Counted from the first letter of the stretch, positions 1 to 10,889 are shown. The stretch is 48,935 nucleotides of DNA from Nitrosarchaeum sp. (GCA_016844465.1 JAERMO010000002.1:1-48935); one strand, 5' to 3'. Notes: generated from the letters alone by a model not told the origin. Made by a program: numbers and translations.

Positions 1-212
1 TGTTTTCGCATACCACCAGTACCAACTCTCATTCTAACAACAACTATGCCTTGTTTTGCCTTGTAGCCTAATCTTCGAGCTCTCTGCAAACGACTTGGTC
101 TATCTATTCTAATAATGGCATTTTCTTTACGCCATTGCACTACTCTTTCTCTGATTTCAGAAGAATTTTCTTTTAATAGTCTGATCCAAGATTTGTCTTG
201 TATACTAGGCAT
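1..212 (-). CDS. rpl15e: 50S ribosomal protein L15e (3' end runs off window)
   Basis: Hand translation from ATG at 212: [70 protein letters not shown]; [11 protein letters not shown] is the L15e signature. Confidence 0.95.
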   Translation of the reverse strand, partial: MPSIQDKSWIRLLKENSSEIRERVVQWRKENAIIRIDRPSRLQRARRLGYKAKQGIVVVRMRVGTGGMRK

Positions 213-337
213 ATCGATTTTAATAAAATCCCCTATAATAACTGATTTCAGGTGTTACACCATGCGGGTTTTACTATCAGTTCAACTATATTTCTACCTC
301 ATTATAATAATCCCCTCTTTGAACTAGTACAAGCAAG

Positions 338-1984
338 ATGAAATTACTGCCTAGTAAATTATCACAGATTATCTCATGTGTATCAATTTGTATAGGTCTG
401 ATTGTTTGCATTGGATGGATACTGGACATTCCGATTCTAAAATCAATTATCCCAAACGCAGTTACAATGAAATTCAGCACTTCAATATCGTTTATTTTTA
501 GTGGAATCACAATCTATTTCATTTCAAGATATAATGAAGGAAAAACAGGTATTGCTCAAATTGTAATACCTGTATCTGGTTTTATCGTATTTCTATTTAT
601 GGCAACGCTTCTAACTGCATATATTTTTGGCATTACAAGTGGAATAGAGCAATTATTTGTCAGAGAAAATTCTGATGCAATAAAGACATCGCATGCGGGC
701 ATGCCGTCTTTTGCAACCATGCTGAACTTTATTTTGATTATTGCTGCGGGCATATTTGCCTTCTCTGAATCCAGACTGAGAAAACTGATCACTCCTATTG
801 GATATGCAGTTTCAATAATTGGAATCATATCTATTGTGGGATATGTAACAAATCAACCAACTCTGTACTATTACATTGATAATGTAAGCTCTGCGATGGC
901 AATTCATACTTCAATTTTATTTACAGTGCTTGGAATTGCACTAATTCTCTCAAGAAACAACATACCTATACAACGTGGCGAATCTGTAAAAATTCACACT
1001 AAAATAACATCTCTGTTTTTAGCATCCTCACTAATTCCAATAATATTTGTAGTGGGATTAAATTTTAACATTCTTGATGATTTTCCAAATAGTGAATCAG
1101 TAAAGATCAGCATGATAATAGTAAGCATAGTAACAACAATCGCAGTTGTCCTATTTTCATTATTGATATCAAAATCCATCTCAAAGCCGATCGTTTCCCT
1201 AAAAGATGTAGCCATACAAATCTCAAAAGGAAATTTTTCCATTAAAGCAAATGAATCAGGTAATGATGAGATTAGCGAGCTATCAAAAACATTCAATCAA
1301 ATGGTAAACAATGTTAGAAAATCAGAACGATTATCCACAATGGGATTGCTATCATCAACACTTGGACACAACATAAGAAATGATTTGTCTGTGATAAAGA
1401 TAACACTTGAGATCCTACAGCATAAATATTCTACCAAACTGGACAAAGAGGTTTTATCTAAAATTATCCTTATGGAAAAATATGTCATCGATATACAACA
1501 TCAAGTAGATGACACTTTGAATTTTATAAGACAAACTCCGCTCAAATTAGAAAAGGCATCATTGTTAAAATTATTAGAAAATACATTAAAGACAATCAAA
1601 ATTCCAGAGAATATTAAGATAGATTTACCTTTGAATGACATTTCACTGCATTGTGATTCAAGTAAATTGACAGTTGTTTTGACAAACCTGATCAATAATT
1701 CAATTCAAGCAATAGAGACAGAGGGGAAAATATCAATAAAAGCCAGTGAAGATAAGGATCATTCCATTATACAAATAGAAGACTCGGGTTCTGGCATATC
1801 ATCTGAAAGTATTGTAAAAATCTTTGAGCCCTTATTTACTACAAAAAGCAAGGGAACAGGACTGGGACTTGCAAGTTGCAGACGCATAGTGGAAGAGCAT
1901 AATGGAAGCATAACAGTGCAAAATAATCCTACTACATTTACTATTGAATTACCAAAAACACAGTTACATTCTAAGCATAACTAA
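338..1984 (+). CDS. Membrane sensor histidine kinase (multi-TM, HAMP, HisKA, HATPase)
   Basis: Several TM helices; HAMP (DEISELSKTFNQM); H-box GHNIRND; N box NLINNSIQA; G1 DSGSGI; F/G2 IFEPLFTTKSKGTGLGL. Confidence 0.92.
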   Translation: MKLLPSKLSQIISCVSICIGLIVCIGWILDIPILKSIIPNAVTMKFSTSISFIFSGITIYFISRYNEGKTGIAQIVIPVSGFIVFLFMATLLTAYIFGITSGIEQLFVRENSDAIKTSHAGMPSFATMLNFILIIAAGIFAFSESRLRKLITPIGYAVSIIGIISIVGYVTNQPTLYYYIDNVSSAMAIHTSILFTVLGIALILSRNNIPIQRGESVKIHTKITSLFLASSLIPIIFVVGLNFNILDDFPNSESVKISMIIVSIVTTIAVVLFSLLISKSISKPIVSLKDVAIQISKGNFSIKANESGNDEISELSKTFNQMVNNVRKSERLSTMGLLSSTLGHNIRNDLSVIKITLEILQHKYSTKLDKEVLSKIILMEKYVIDIQHQVDDTLNFIRQTPLKLEKASLLKLLENTLKTIKIPENIKIDLPLNDISLHCDSSKLTVVLTNLINNSIQAIETEGKISIKASEDKDHSIIQIEDSGSGISSESIVKIFEPLFTTKSKGTGLGLASCRRIVEEHNGSITVQNNPTTFTIELPKTQLHSKHN

Positions 1985-2085
1985 CGTATGAAATGGGACA
2001 TTAAAGGGTCAAAATGTTCTATCTTCTAACTGATTGTGTGAATAAATTAGAATTTTAGATTGTAAGAAGTGTAAAGCAATTTACT

Positions 2086-4425
2086 TTATTTTCTTTTTGA
2101 TATAAAATAATCATCATCAGATTCTATCGGATGTCTTTTCGTTCTGATAAAATATATCAGTCTTAACAAATCCAGATAAATTCTATAAGCAAATTTGTTC
2201 TCTCTTATTCTTGGGGCAATTTTATCCCAGAAATACCTAGTTTGGATTGAGGACAATCTGGAATCTCTAATCACAAAAATGGTTGTCTTTGTTTTTTCAA
2301 TAATTTCCATTGTTTTTGGACTAAATGCTTGATCAGATTGATTTCCAGCACCCATAATAATTATCTCAGGTATGGTGCTGTTAAAATGTGCTAACAAATC
2401 ACGCATCACATTTTCTTTTCTTGAAGGTATTCTGTGTATTGGAATTTTTTTTATATCCAGATCAAACATTCGTTCGTTAAGTTTTGCCAAAATATCTCGC
2501 TCTTCCTCGGGGGAACCTGTTATTCCACGGACTATTCGGATTTTGCTATTTAGTGATTTGGCAAGTATGTCTGAGATTTCCAATCCCATATTTGAGTGGC
2601 GTCCCTTGTCATATGAAACAACAATGTTGGATAATTCGGTATGAAAATTTTCTCCCATGTGAACTCCCATAATATCACATGTGGTAAGTGAGAGTAGTTT
2701 TCTATTATTTTTTAGACTATGAAAATCCATTATTAGCAGATTAACTCCTTGTTGTTCTACGGTTGCAAGAATAGCTTCAGTGGTATCATGTGTTAATCGT
2801 ATAAGGTATCTACATGGGACTTGCCATGATTCTTTTTTTAGATCATCAAATGATCTCATTGCAGGCTCTGTGAATTTCTGAGCTTCTGTAAGTGGTAATT
2901 GTATAGGAATTGTCACTATATTCAAAAATGACACTTCGCCATCCTTTTGTTGCGCAATAGCTGAAGCTATTTTAGCTAATTTTGCAGAGTGTTGATCAAA
3001 AACAACCATTATTCGGTAATCCTTTCTTTCTTTTGGACCCTCACTGGCAAACAGAGGGGCATGGTGCTCGATTTCTTTTTTAACCGAATATATTTTGTAA
3101 ATTGAAAAACCTATCAATATCCAAATAATTGCAATCAACCAGCTTAACGGATTATAAACTAAAAGATATATCGCAAGACCGATTGTGGTAAATATTCCAA
3201 TTAAAGGCAAAACAGGGAAAAAAGGCATCTTGAATCCATAGTCTAGTTTATGTCCGTATAATCGGCGAATTGTTATAGCCGCAATATTTACCTGAGTGAA
3301 AAGAAAAAGAAACATAACGCTTGCAGCCAGTGCAATTTGCTCAAGAGGCAACAGTAATGCAACTATTATCATTATTACTCCCGATGCTATTGTTGCATAG
3401 TGTGGCGTATGGTATTTTTTATGAAGTGTACTAAACTCTACAGGTAAAGTGTAATGTCTTCCCATTGCAAACGCAACACGACTGGATGAAAATGTAGTTG
3501 CATTTAATGCCGATAATGTAGATACGATACCTCCAACAATTACTATAAACGCACCAAAGGGAAGAAGATACTTTGCACCTTCAATTATTCCAAGCTCTTT
3601 ATGTCCTCCAATAAATTTCCAAGGATCTTCTCCAGTTTGAGATGAGTTCAAACCTCCAATGAACGCAAATGTAAACACAATATACAGTACAACAACTACT
3701 GCTAATGAAATAAAAATTGCACGTGGAATATTTCTTTTTGGATTTTTAACCTCTTCACCTGTCTGAACAATTATCTCGTATCCTTCAAAAGCAATAAACG
3801 TCAAACCCATTGCAATAATAATTCCTATACTTCCATTAGGAAAAAAATCCTGAAAATTTTCAGGCCAGTCATGATTGGTAAAGCTAACTGCATACAAACC
3901 TGCAATTATGAGAACGCCTATAATTGCCAACTGCGAAAATGTAATTACACTTCCAATTTTGCCCGTATCTGATGCTCCTCTGACATTAATGTAAGTAAAA
4001 AGCACAATGGCTAGTACTGCAATTATTTTGTCTAGTCCTTCAAAAACTAGTATGTTCAATACTGTAAGCAAATGACTGAGAAACGAACCAAAGGCCACTG
4101 CGTAGAGACTTCCTGCTATTATGTGTGCAAACCACGCCATCCATCCACTGATAAACGCATTTGGTCTTGGCAATCCTTGTCTGATCCAACCGTAACCACC
4201 TCCAGCTTCGGGAAGCGCAGAACCAAGTTCTGCATAAGTCATTGCTGTAAATAACGTGATTACTCCATTGACTAAAAACACAATCATAAGTGCTGGCCCT
4301 GCCTCATTCATTGCTGGACCAACTAAGACAAAGATCGCACCACCTATCATGGCTGCAATCCCAACCATGACAATATCTACGAGCGATAAACTGCGTACAA
4401 GACCAGATGATGGGATTTCAGACAT
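2086..4425 (-). CDS. APC-family amino acid permease with C-terminal USP-like domains
   Basis: GIAAMIGGAIF, YAELGSALPEAGGGY, FEGYE, EEVKNPKRNIPRA motifs; soluble C-terminal region. Confidence 0.9.
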   Translation of the reverse strand: MSEIPSSGLVRSLSLVDIVMVGIAAMIGGAIFVLVGPAMNEAGPALMIVFLVNGVITLFTAMTYAELGSALPEAGGGYGWIRQGLPRPNAFISGWMAWFAHIIAGSLYAVAFGSFLSHLLTVLNILVFEGLDKIIAVLAIVLFTYINVRGASDTGKIGSVITFSQLAIIGVLIIAGLYAVSFTNHDWPENFQDFFPNGSIGIIIAMGLTFIAFEGYEIIVQTGEEVKNPKRNIPRAIFISLAVVVVLYIVFTFAFIGGLNSSQTGEDPWKFIGGHKELGIIEGAKYLLPFGAFIVIVGGIVSTLSALNATTFSSSRVAFAMGRHYTLPVEFSTLHKKYHTPHYATIASGVIMIIVALLLPLEQIALAASVMFLFLFTQVNIAAITIRRLYGHKLDYGFKMPFFPVLPLIGIFTTIGLAIYLLVYNPLSWLIAIIWILIGFSIYKIYSVKKEIEHHAPLFASEGPKERKDYRIMVVFDQHSAKLAKIASAIAQQKDGEVSFLNIVTIPIQLPLTEAQKFTEPAMRSFDDLKKESWQVPCRYLIRLTHDTTEAILATVEQQGVNLLIMDFHSLKNNRKLLSLTTCDIMGVHMGENFHTELSNIVVSYDKGRHSNMGLEISDILAKSLNSKIRIVRGITGSPEEERDILAKLNERMFDLDIKKIPIHRIPSRKENVMRDLLAHFNSTIPEIIIMGAGNQSDQAFSPKTMEIIEKTKTTIFVIRDSRLSSIQTRYFWDKIAPRIRENKFAYRIYLDLLRLIYFIRTKRHPIESDDDYFISKRK

Positions 4426-4554
4426 TGAATCTGTCGATTTGTCAAGAATGTAAGATATAGGGCTTTTGATCTAACGGCGAGTAAAATATTTAATTCTGCG
4501 GATAAAGACATTAGTAAAATATATATCAAATGATCAACAAACTGGAAAATTTAA

Positions 4555-5325
4555 TTAGACTTTTTGTTCTAAAACCCAATCATATCCTTCGCTTTCTAGC
4601 TTATCTGCAAGGGATGCATCACCCGTCTTTAATATTTGGCCTCTGGCAAAGACGTGAACAAAATCTAATTTGTCCAAGAATTTTAAAATTCTTGCATAGT
4701 GAGTAATTATAATTACGGTTGCATCTTTTCCTGTTACCTGGCTTATTGCTTTAGCCACTGCTTGTACTGCATCAATATCTAAACCTGAATCAGGTTCATC
4801 TAAAATTGAAATCTTAGGTTTTAATACTGCCATCTGTAATACCTCTGCGCGCTTCTTTTCTCCTCCTGAAAATCCTTCATTAAGATATCTTGAAAGAAAT
4901 TCTTCTTTCAATCCAACCTTGTTCAGGTTTTCTTTAAGATATTTTTGAAATTCTCTTACAGTGATGAATACTTCTCTGTCATCTCCTTGCAGTGCCTTAC
5001 TTAGTGAATTGTAAGCCGTTCTTAGAAAATGTGAGAATCCAACACCAGATACTTCTGTAGGGTACTGAAACCCTAAAAACAACCCTTTTTTTGCACGTTG
5101 ATCTGCAGATAATTCTAAAATGCTTTGCCCATCAAGCAAAATATCTCCTTTAGTCACTTCATATTTTGGATGAGCAAGTAGTGTATATGCTAAAGTACTT
5201 TTTCCAGAACCATTAGGTCCCATTATCGCATGTATTTCTCCAGGACCTGTTTTCAAATTAACTCCTTTGAGTATTTCTTTACCTTCCCGTGAAACATGAA
5301 GATCTATAATCTCTAGCACTGCCAT
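4555..5325 (-). CDS. sufC: Fe-S cluster assembly ATPase SufC
   Basis: Walker A GPNGSGKST, FQYP, LNEGFSGGEKKR, LDEPDSGLDIDA; likely start ATG 5325. Confidence 0.95.
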   Translation of the reverse strand: MAVLEIIDLHVSREGKEILKGVNLKTGPGEIHAIMGPNGSGKSTLAYTLLAHPKYEVTKGDILLDGQSILELSADQRAKKGLFLGFQYPTEVSGVGFSHFLRTAYNSLSKALQGDDREVFITVREFQKYLKENLNKVGLKEEFLSRYLNEGFSGGEKKRAEVLQMAVLKPKISILDEPDSGLDIDAVQAVAKAISQVTGKDATVIIITHYARILKFLDKLDFVHVFARGQILKTGDASLADKLESEGYDWVLEQKV

Positions 5326-5413
5326 GGTGCATTTTGTTTTGTTTCTATATATAATACCCACGAAATTTAGCTAATCCTAACAGAACTATCTAATGATTTT
5401 TAATAAAATGAAA

Positions 5414-5424
5414 GGGGGGGGGGG
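5414..5424. repeat. G11 homopolymer between tfb stop and sufC promoter region
   Basis: 11 consecutive G in AT-rich intergenic DNA. Confidence 0.9.
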
Positions 5425-5426
5425 AA

Positions 5427-6383
5427 TTAAATTTTGGCCAGTGATGGTCTCAAAGTAATTTTGAGTTTGTAACAAGTTAGGATCTCTTTACATCTATTTC
5501 TGATAGTTACTTCTGTGACACCTGCAATGCTGGAGACATCTCTTTGAAGGACATTTTGTCCTAGCAAAACTGATGCAACATATAGATATGCTGCTGCGAT
5601 TCCATTTGGAGCTTTTCCATCTGAAATACTACTGTCTTTAGTTTTTTCTGCTATTTCCAAGGCTAGTCTTTCAATTCTAACTTCGGTTTGTGTCATGTTT
5701 GCAATCTTTGAGATGTATTTGTTCATGGTAACTACTGGGGCGTTTGTATGACCCATCTCCATTACCATGGTTCTATAGTATTTTGCTGCAAGTTTTGTTT
5801 TAGACTTGACATCTTTTGGTTCGCATATCCCCCGACAAATTTCTTCTAATGATCTTACTACATTACATTGTTTACATGCCATGTAAATTGTAGCTGCAGT
5901 GATGCTGGCTACTGATTTTCCCTTTACATCGATATGTCCATCCAAATTTCTGTATATCATAGAAGCAGTTTCCAAAACATTTCTAGAAAGATTCAGACTG
6001 TCACACGTTTCACCCATTTTTGATAAAACATTTGCTAATCTTCTTTCTCTTGGTGAGGATACACGGACTCGTTGCTGCCATTTTCTGAGATTATGCATTT
6101 GATTTGCAACTTCGCGGTTGATTGTTTTTCCACTAAAGTCCTTTGTACCTAATGATATCTCTGTTGTTATTCCCAAATCATGTTGAGAATAAGTTGTTTG
6201 TCCTGTTGCTCTTGCAAGCTTCATCTTGTCTTCGAGATTTGAGCTTTTTGTTTCTGGACCATAATCTACCATCTGGTCTGCGACAACTACGCCGCAACCA
6301 GAACAGATTATTTCGCCATTCTGAGTGTCATCTACCAATGAAGATTGACATTCAGGACAGCTCTGTGGTTGTAATATGTTCAT
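5427..6383 (-). CDS. tfb: Transcription initiation factor IIB (TFB paralog)
   Basis: Zn ribbon CPEC...CSGCG, two cyclin repeats, GKAPNGIAAAYLY, VTEVTIRNR. Confidence 0.95.
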   Translation of the reverse strand: MNILQPQSCPECQSSLVDDTQNGEIICSGCGVVVADQMVDYGPETKSSNLEDKMKLARATGQTTYSQHDLGITTEISLGTKDFSGKTINREVANQMHNLRKWQQRVRVSSPRERRLANVLSKMGETCDSLNLSRNVLETASMIYRNLDGHIDVKGKSVASITAATIYMACKQCNVVRSLEEICRGICEPKDVKSKTKLAAKYYRTMVMEMGHTNAPVVTMNKYISKIANMTQTEVRIERLALEIAEKTKDSSISDGKAPNGIAAAYLYVASVLLGQNVLQRDVSSIAGVTEVTIRNRCKEILTCYKLKITLRPSLAKI

Positions 6384-6646
6384 TTTTTTCGTCTCCTGAA
6401 TTTTTGTATGTTGGCAGGAGAATGTTCAACTGTGAAAACACTTTTGCCAATGAATTTCTCTATGTTGTTTGTTAACGGAGTTGCTGACGCAAACGGTCTT
6501 TTTATTGGACCAATTAGTTCCATTACTTTTGCAACCTTAGTTCCCTTCTCGTCACAGAGTATTTGTCCCTCAACTAATTTACCTGATAGTTGAATGATCA
6601 CTCTGCCACTACCGGCTAAGTGCAATATTTCACCTACCTCCTGCAA
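6380..6646 (-). CDS. gar1: H/ACA RNP component Gar1/Naf1
   Basis: KVMELIGPIKRPF motif; conserved srp19-gar1-tfb synteny. Confidence 0.85.
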   Translation of the reverse strand: MQEVGEILHLAGSGRVIIQLSGKLVEGQILCDEKGTKVAKVMELIGPIKRPFASATPLTNNIEKFIGKSVFTVEHSPANIQKFRRRKK

Positions 6647-6719
6647 TTAGAAATAGTAATCATAGTATTGTTATCATAGACTTCTGTCAACTTTACTTTA
6701 GCTAGAGCTAGATTTGATT

Positions 6720-7019
6720 TTATTTTGACTGCTTGGCTCTTTTCGCAACTAATTTTTGTGAAATTTTGTTAAGAATATTTGTCTTGGAGGATCCTTTTGG
6801 TAACACTATGTAGCCTGATCTAACGTAAGGTCTTCTAGGGAATCTTACTTTTTCATCTGATTCTGTGATTTCAAATCCGACTGCCTGTGCAGCTTCGGTT
6901 AATTCTTTTAGTGAAGGATCAAAAACACATTTTTCCTTTTCTAATTTTCTTCCTTTAGATCTTGGTAGTGTCTTATTGAAATAATCCAACCAGATTACGA
7001 CATGCTCGTAATCTTTCAT
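6720..7019 (-). CDS. srp19: Signal recognition particle protein SRP19
   Basis: VIWLDYFNKTLPRSKGRK...P motif. Confidence 0.9.
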   Translation of the reverse strand: MKDYEHVVIWLDYFNKTLPRSKGRKLEKEKCVFDPSLKELTEAAQAVGFEITESDEKVRFPRRPYVRSGYIVLPKGSSKTNILNKISQKLVAKRAKQSK

Positions 7020-7023
7020 TTTA

Positions 7024-7404
7024 TCACGTTAATAAAACTGCGTTGACTATTCCGATTTGCCCTGGTTTGGAAATCACTCTACATTTGCCTTCTTCTGTTT
7101 CTAATATGGCACCTTTTGTGATGATCCCTCTTCTTTGATAATCATTGTTTGTAGAATTTTCCAATACCTTGAGAATTTTTGTTTTCTTTACTTTTGAATT
7201 TTTCGTTGCCAAGTTTACAAAATCGATTGACTTCAAAGCTGTTTTTTTATTATTACCTCGTACACGTCTTGTAATCGTAACTTGAGCACCTGAAACTGCT
7301 TCGTTAGGATATCTGTCAATTTCATACTTTCTTCTAATTCTCAACGGATGTCTTCTTCCCCCAGTTATCTTACTGGTTGCAAGATTTTCTACTGACTTTC
7401 GCAT
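7024..7404 (-). CDS. rps8e: 30S ribosomal protein S8e
   Basis: KITGGRR, RVRGNN, IITKGAILET, SKPGQIGIVNAV. Confidence 0.95.
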   Translation of the reverse strand: MRKSVENLATSKITGGRRHPLRIRRKYEIDRYPNEAVSGAQVTITRRVRGNNKKTALKSIDFVNLATKNSKVKKTKILKVLENSTNNDYQRRGIITKGAILETEEGKCRVISKPGQIGIVNAVLLT

Positions 7405-7471
7405 GAATATTCTTTTAACTACTCTAATTTATATAAAACGCAAAAAATTAGGCTTAAAATAAAAAATATGC

Positions 7472-8024
7472 TTAATTTAGTTTAGTGACAATTTGAGATG
7501 TATGATTTGATTCTGACATCTTTGCAGTTTTTCTTACTTTTGAAAACAATCTTTGTTTGAGATTCTCTACATCTCCTTGTATTCCAAAATATTTTTGGAA
7601 TTTTTCAGTAGTGTTGAAAATTTTTAATCTTCCTACATTTTGATGAGTAATAAAGTCTAATTGTCGTAATTCCTTAAGATGTTCGTATACTCCAGAACCT
7701 CTTGTTTCTACAAGTTGTTTTGATGAAATTGGTTGCATGTATGCAATATATGATAATGTTTTCAGAGTTGCATTTGGAAGAATAGGTTTTGATGCATATC
7801 TTTAATTGAAATACATATGATCTATCTGGAAGTATAACTATCTCAATTGCTTTAAAGGCTGATTTGGTCTTTTTCATTATGTCGCCAAGTAATTCAAACG
7901 TCTTTGTGCGTGATTCTGTGCCTGATGCCCTGATTAATTCTTCTATTTTTAAGGGTCTTCCAGCAGAATAAAGCGCTGCTTCAATTCGTGCACTTGCTTC
8001 ATCATCTTTTTCAATTTTAGTCAA
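7472..8024 (-). pseudogene. scpB: SMC-Scp complex subunit ScpB, split by frameshift near 7800
   Basis: N-half IEAALYSAGRPL...YVFQLK; C-half in another frame RYASKPILPNATLKTLSYIAYMQPIS...TTEKFQKYFGI. Confidence 0.85.
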
Positions 8025-8078
8025 TTATGTATATTCCAGCATAAAATCTACTTAAAGAAATCTTTTCTTCATTTTTGA

Positions 8079-8753
8079 TCAGATTGTTAACTTCTCTTTT
8101 ATCAAAATAATTTTTATATCTTCATCTATTTGCTCCAAGTCTATTTTTTCGTCTCTAGCTAAAAACAATATTGCAAAAAAGCATCTGATTGAATCTATTC
8201 CATCAAGATCTTTTATTATGGTTTGAAGCATACCGTATCCTACGTCTGAGATTTTTTTAATTATCAAATCTTCATATTTTCCAATGATATTTTCAAGTGA
8301 AATAAAGTATTCTTGAAAATCAGGTGCTTCAATTGGTTCTATGTTTAGTTTATTTCTTCTATTTTGTGGATTGGCAATAGTACCAATTAGATTCTGTAAC
8401 AATCCTAACAAATCATCTAATGAAACCGGATACGTAGACTCATGTCTATAAGGCATATCGATTAATTCTATATCTACATCCGTTCTTTGTTTGATGGGTT
8501 TCTTTTCCATTGCTGCCCGTTGTAAGGCAAAAATGCTTTCCACCTTCATTCGATAAATTAGCGATGATGACAGTGCTGCCATTCCTGCAATTCTAAGATC
8601 TTTTCTTCCATTTTTTTCAAGAATTTTTATTAATAAATCTAAAATTAGAATAAGATCAATCTCCCAAACATCTTTTTTGCCAATTGAGGTGGGATTAAAC
8701 AGAATATTTACTGGTGCTTGCGAAATACTACCTGGAATTCGCTCTTCACTCAT
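8079..8753 (-). CDS. scpA: Segregation/condensation protein ScpA
   Basis: DVWEIDL N-terminus, FFAILFLA winged-helix C-terminus, upstream of scpB. Confidence 0.85.
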   Translation of the reverse strand: MSEERIPGSISQAPVNILFNPTSIGKKDVWEIDLILILDLLIKILEKNGRKDLRIAGMAALSSSLIYRMKVESIFALQRAAMEKKPIKQRTDVDIELIDMPYRHESTYPVSLDDLLGLLQNLIGTIANPQNRRNKLNIEPIEAPDFQEYFISLENIIGKYEDLIIKKISDVGYGMLQTIIKDLDGIDSIRCFFAILFLARDEKIDLEQIDEDIKIILIKEKLTI

Positions 8754-8848
8754 GTGCTCTCTATCTTTTTATTCCATAATATCTAAGGGCTCTATTTTTT
8801 TCTTATATCCAGTCAACTCTTATATTGTTATGATTGAATTGCTACTTT

Positions 8849-9901
8849 ATGAAATCTGCAAGAATTACTGGTCCTAATGAACCATTGATAGTTGTAGAAT
8901 TAGAAACTCCGCATCCTAAAGATAACCAAGTTTTAGTTAAAGTCAAAGCAGTAGGGGTTTGTCATAGTGATTTACATCTTTGGGAGGGTGGTTACGATTT
9001 AGGCGATGGCCAATTTATGAAAGTCACTGATAGAGGTGTAAAGTTCCCCGTTACTCCTGGACATGAAATAGTTGGCACGGTTGAAGAATTTGGAAATAAT
9101 GTTAAAGGTTTTTCAAAAGGTGATCCGGTATTGGTTTATCCTTGGATAGGATGCGGAGAGTGCCCTGCTTGCAAGGTAAATAATGAAAATTTATGCGATA
9201 CTCCAAAATCTCTCGGTGTTTTTCAGGATGGTGGGTACTCTGATTATTCACTTGTCCCACATTTCAAATATCTGGCAAAATTAAACGGTGTTGACCCAGA
9301 ATCTGCAACTTCATTGGCTTGTTCTGGATTAACAGCCTACACTGCGATTAAGAAATCAAACCAAAACTCCCCCGAATTTCTTGTAATAATCGGTGCAGGA
9401 GGATTAGGTCTAATGGGCGTACAAATTGCAAAGGCAATTACCAAAGCCAAAATAATCTGTGTGGATTTAGATGATCGAAAATTAGAAACGGCGAAAGAAA
9501 TGGGAGCGGATTTTGTAATGAATTCTAAAGATGCCGAAACATCTAACAAAATAATTTCTGTTTGTAATGGTAAAGGTGCTGACAGTGTTGTGGATTTTGT
9601 TAATGCTCCACCCACGGCTAAAATGGGATTGACTGTTCTAAGAAAAAGAGGAAATCTCGTTTTAGTTGGTTTGTTTGGTGGTTCTATAGATCTATCTCTT
9701 GTTACAATTCCTCTTAAATCAATTATTATTCAAGGTGCTTACACTGGAAATTATTCTGATATGTTAGAATTATTGGAGCTTGCTAGAAAGGGAACAATCA
9801 ATCCAATGATTTCAAAAAGATATTCACTTGAGAGCGCAAATTCTGCATTAGAGGATCTTAAAGCACGTAAAATTGTAGGGCGCGCTGTAATTAATCCTTA
9901 A
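8849..9901 (+). CDS. Zn-dependent alcohol dehydrogenase (MDR family)
   Basis: GVCHSDLH, GHE, CGECPAC...C structural Zn, GAGGLG. Confidence 0.93.
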   Translation: MKSARITGPNEPLIVVELETPHPKDNQVLVKVKAVGVCHSDLHLWEGGYDLGDGQFMKVTDRGVKFPVTPGHEIVGTVEEFGNNVKGFSKGDPVLVYPWIGCGECPACKVNNENLCDTPKSLGVFQDGGYSDYSLVPHFKYLAKLNGVDPESATSLACSGLTAYTAIKKSNQNSPEFLVIIGAGGLGLMGVQIAKAITKAKIICVDLDDRKLETAKEMGADFVMNSKDAETSNKIISVCNGKGADSVVDFVNAPPTAKMGLTVLRKRGNLVLVGLFGGSIDLSLVTIPLKSIIIQGAYTGNYSDMLELLELARKGTINPMISKRYSLESANSALEDLKARKIVGRAVINP

Positions 9902-10064
9902 CTCAAAATATTCAATGTAAAATTTGATAACATAAAAAATTGTGTATCTATTTTGTATGTAAAGATAAATTGTTATTTCGTATTTACACATTTGAAAAAT
10001 ATATCATTTATGACACACATATTCTACAATTAATTTGTTCTACTCATGGCCTAACGCCTGTAAA

Positions 10065-10625
10065 TTATTCTTCTACCCTCCAACCTGTTTCTATTTGATT
10101 TTTATCTGATTCTTCCCCTACACCAGTAGCAAATCTCCATATGATGGGCGCATCTGTTGTCATTTTAGTTTTAATTTTAACAAGTGATTCTATCTCCGAA
10201 TTTAAATTTTGATTAGCAGAACTATGTTCTTTACAAAATTTGCATTTTTGATCAAGTGTTACTGGAATAAATTCTATTAATGGATAAGTCATACAGGCAA
10301 GAGGTCTCTGACTGTATATTTTACAAGAAAATCCCCCATGAGGTGATCTATTCTTAGTTTCTGTATCTAGAAAAGGACATGTATTTCCATTTTGTTCTTT
10401 ACCCATTAATTGATATGCTAATATTTTTGTTGGGATTAATTTTTCATTTGATGTTCCAATCCTTGGCACAATTTCTATTTTTAATTTATGTATTTTTGCA
10501 AGCTGTTCTATTTTTCCTTTTTCTTCAGGTAATATTAAAACTCCAATTTTTCCAAATTTTTTAGTTGGATAATACTCTCTTTCAATACAACACTGTGAAC
10601 AATCCGTCACACATTTAAATTCCAC
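10065..10625 (-). CDS. YkgJ/CxxCxxCC family cysteine-cluster protein
   Basis: FKCVTDCSQCC, CPFLD, CKIYSQRPLACMTYP. Confidence 0.85.
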   Translation of the reverse strand: MEFKCVTDCSQCCIEREYYPTKKFGKIGVLILPEEKGKIEQLAKIHKLKIEIVPRIGTSNEKLIPTKILAYQLMGKEQNGNTCPFLDTETKNRSPHGGFSCKIYSQRPLACMTYPLIEFIPVTLDQKCKFCKEHSSANQNLNSEIESLVKIKTKMTTDAPIIWRFATGVGEESDKNQIETGWRVEE

Positions 10626-10823
10626 AGATTATTTTTATTGGTTGTACATAAAATTCATTGGATATTTTATCTTGCAATGCCTACGAATCCTTTATTCCGA
10701 TAATCATTCCTTAGGATTAGGGTTTTAATTGTAAGTTGTTGGTAAAGCCTATCTATATTTTCATCAAATGATCAAATTGGAGTTGTTTCACTAAATTAAA
10801 TACAAATTTTGTAAGGATAAAAA

Positions 10824-10889
10824 ATGACTAATGTACTTAGTACTATATTTGGCACAATATATGATATGATAACTTCACTATTCAGTTAA
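10824..10889 (+). CDS. Putative 21-aa amphipathic peptide
   Basis: MTNVLSTIFGTIYDMITSLFS; TATA-like TTAAATA at 10796-10802 at leaderless spacing. Confidence 0.4.
   Translation: MTNVLSTIFGTIYDMITSLFS

Noticed and set aside
115-327. 70-aa + strand ORF
   Set aside because: Antisense to rpl15e
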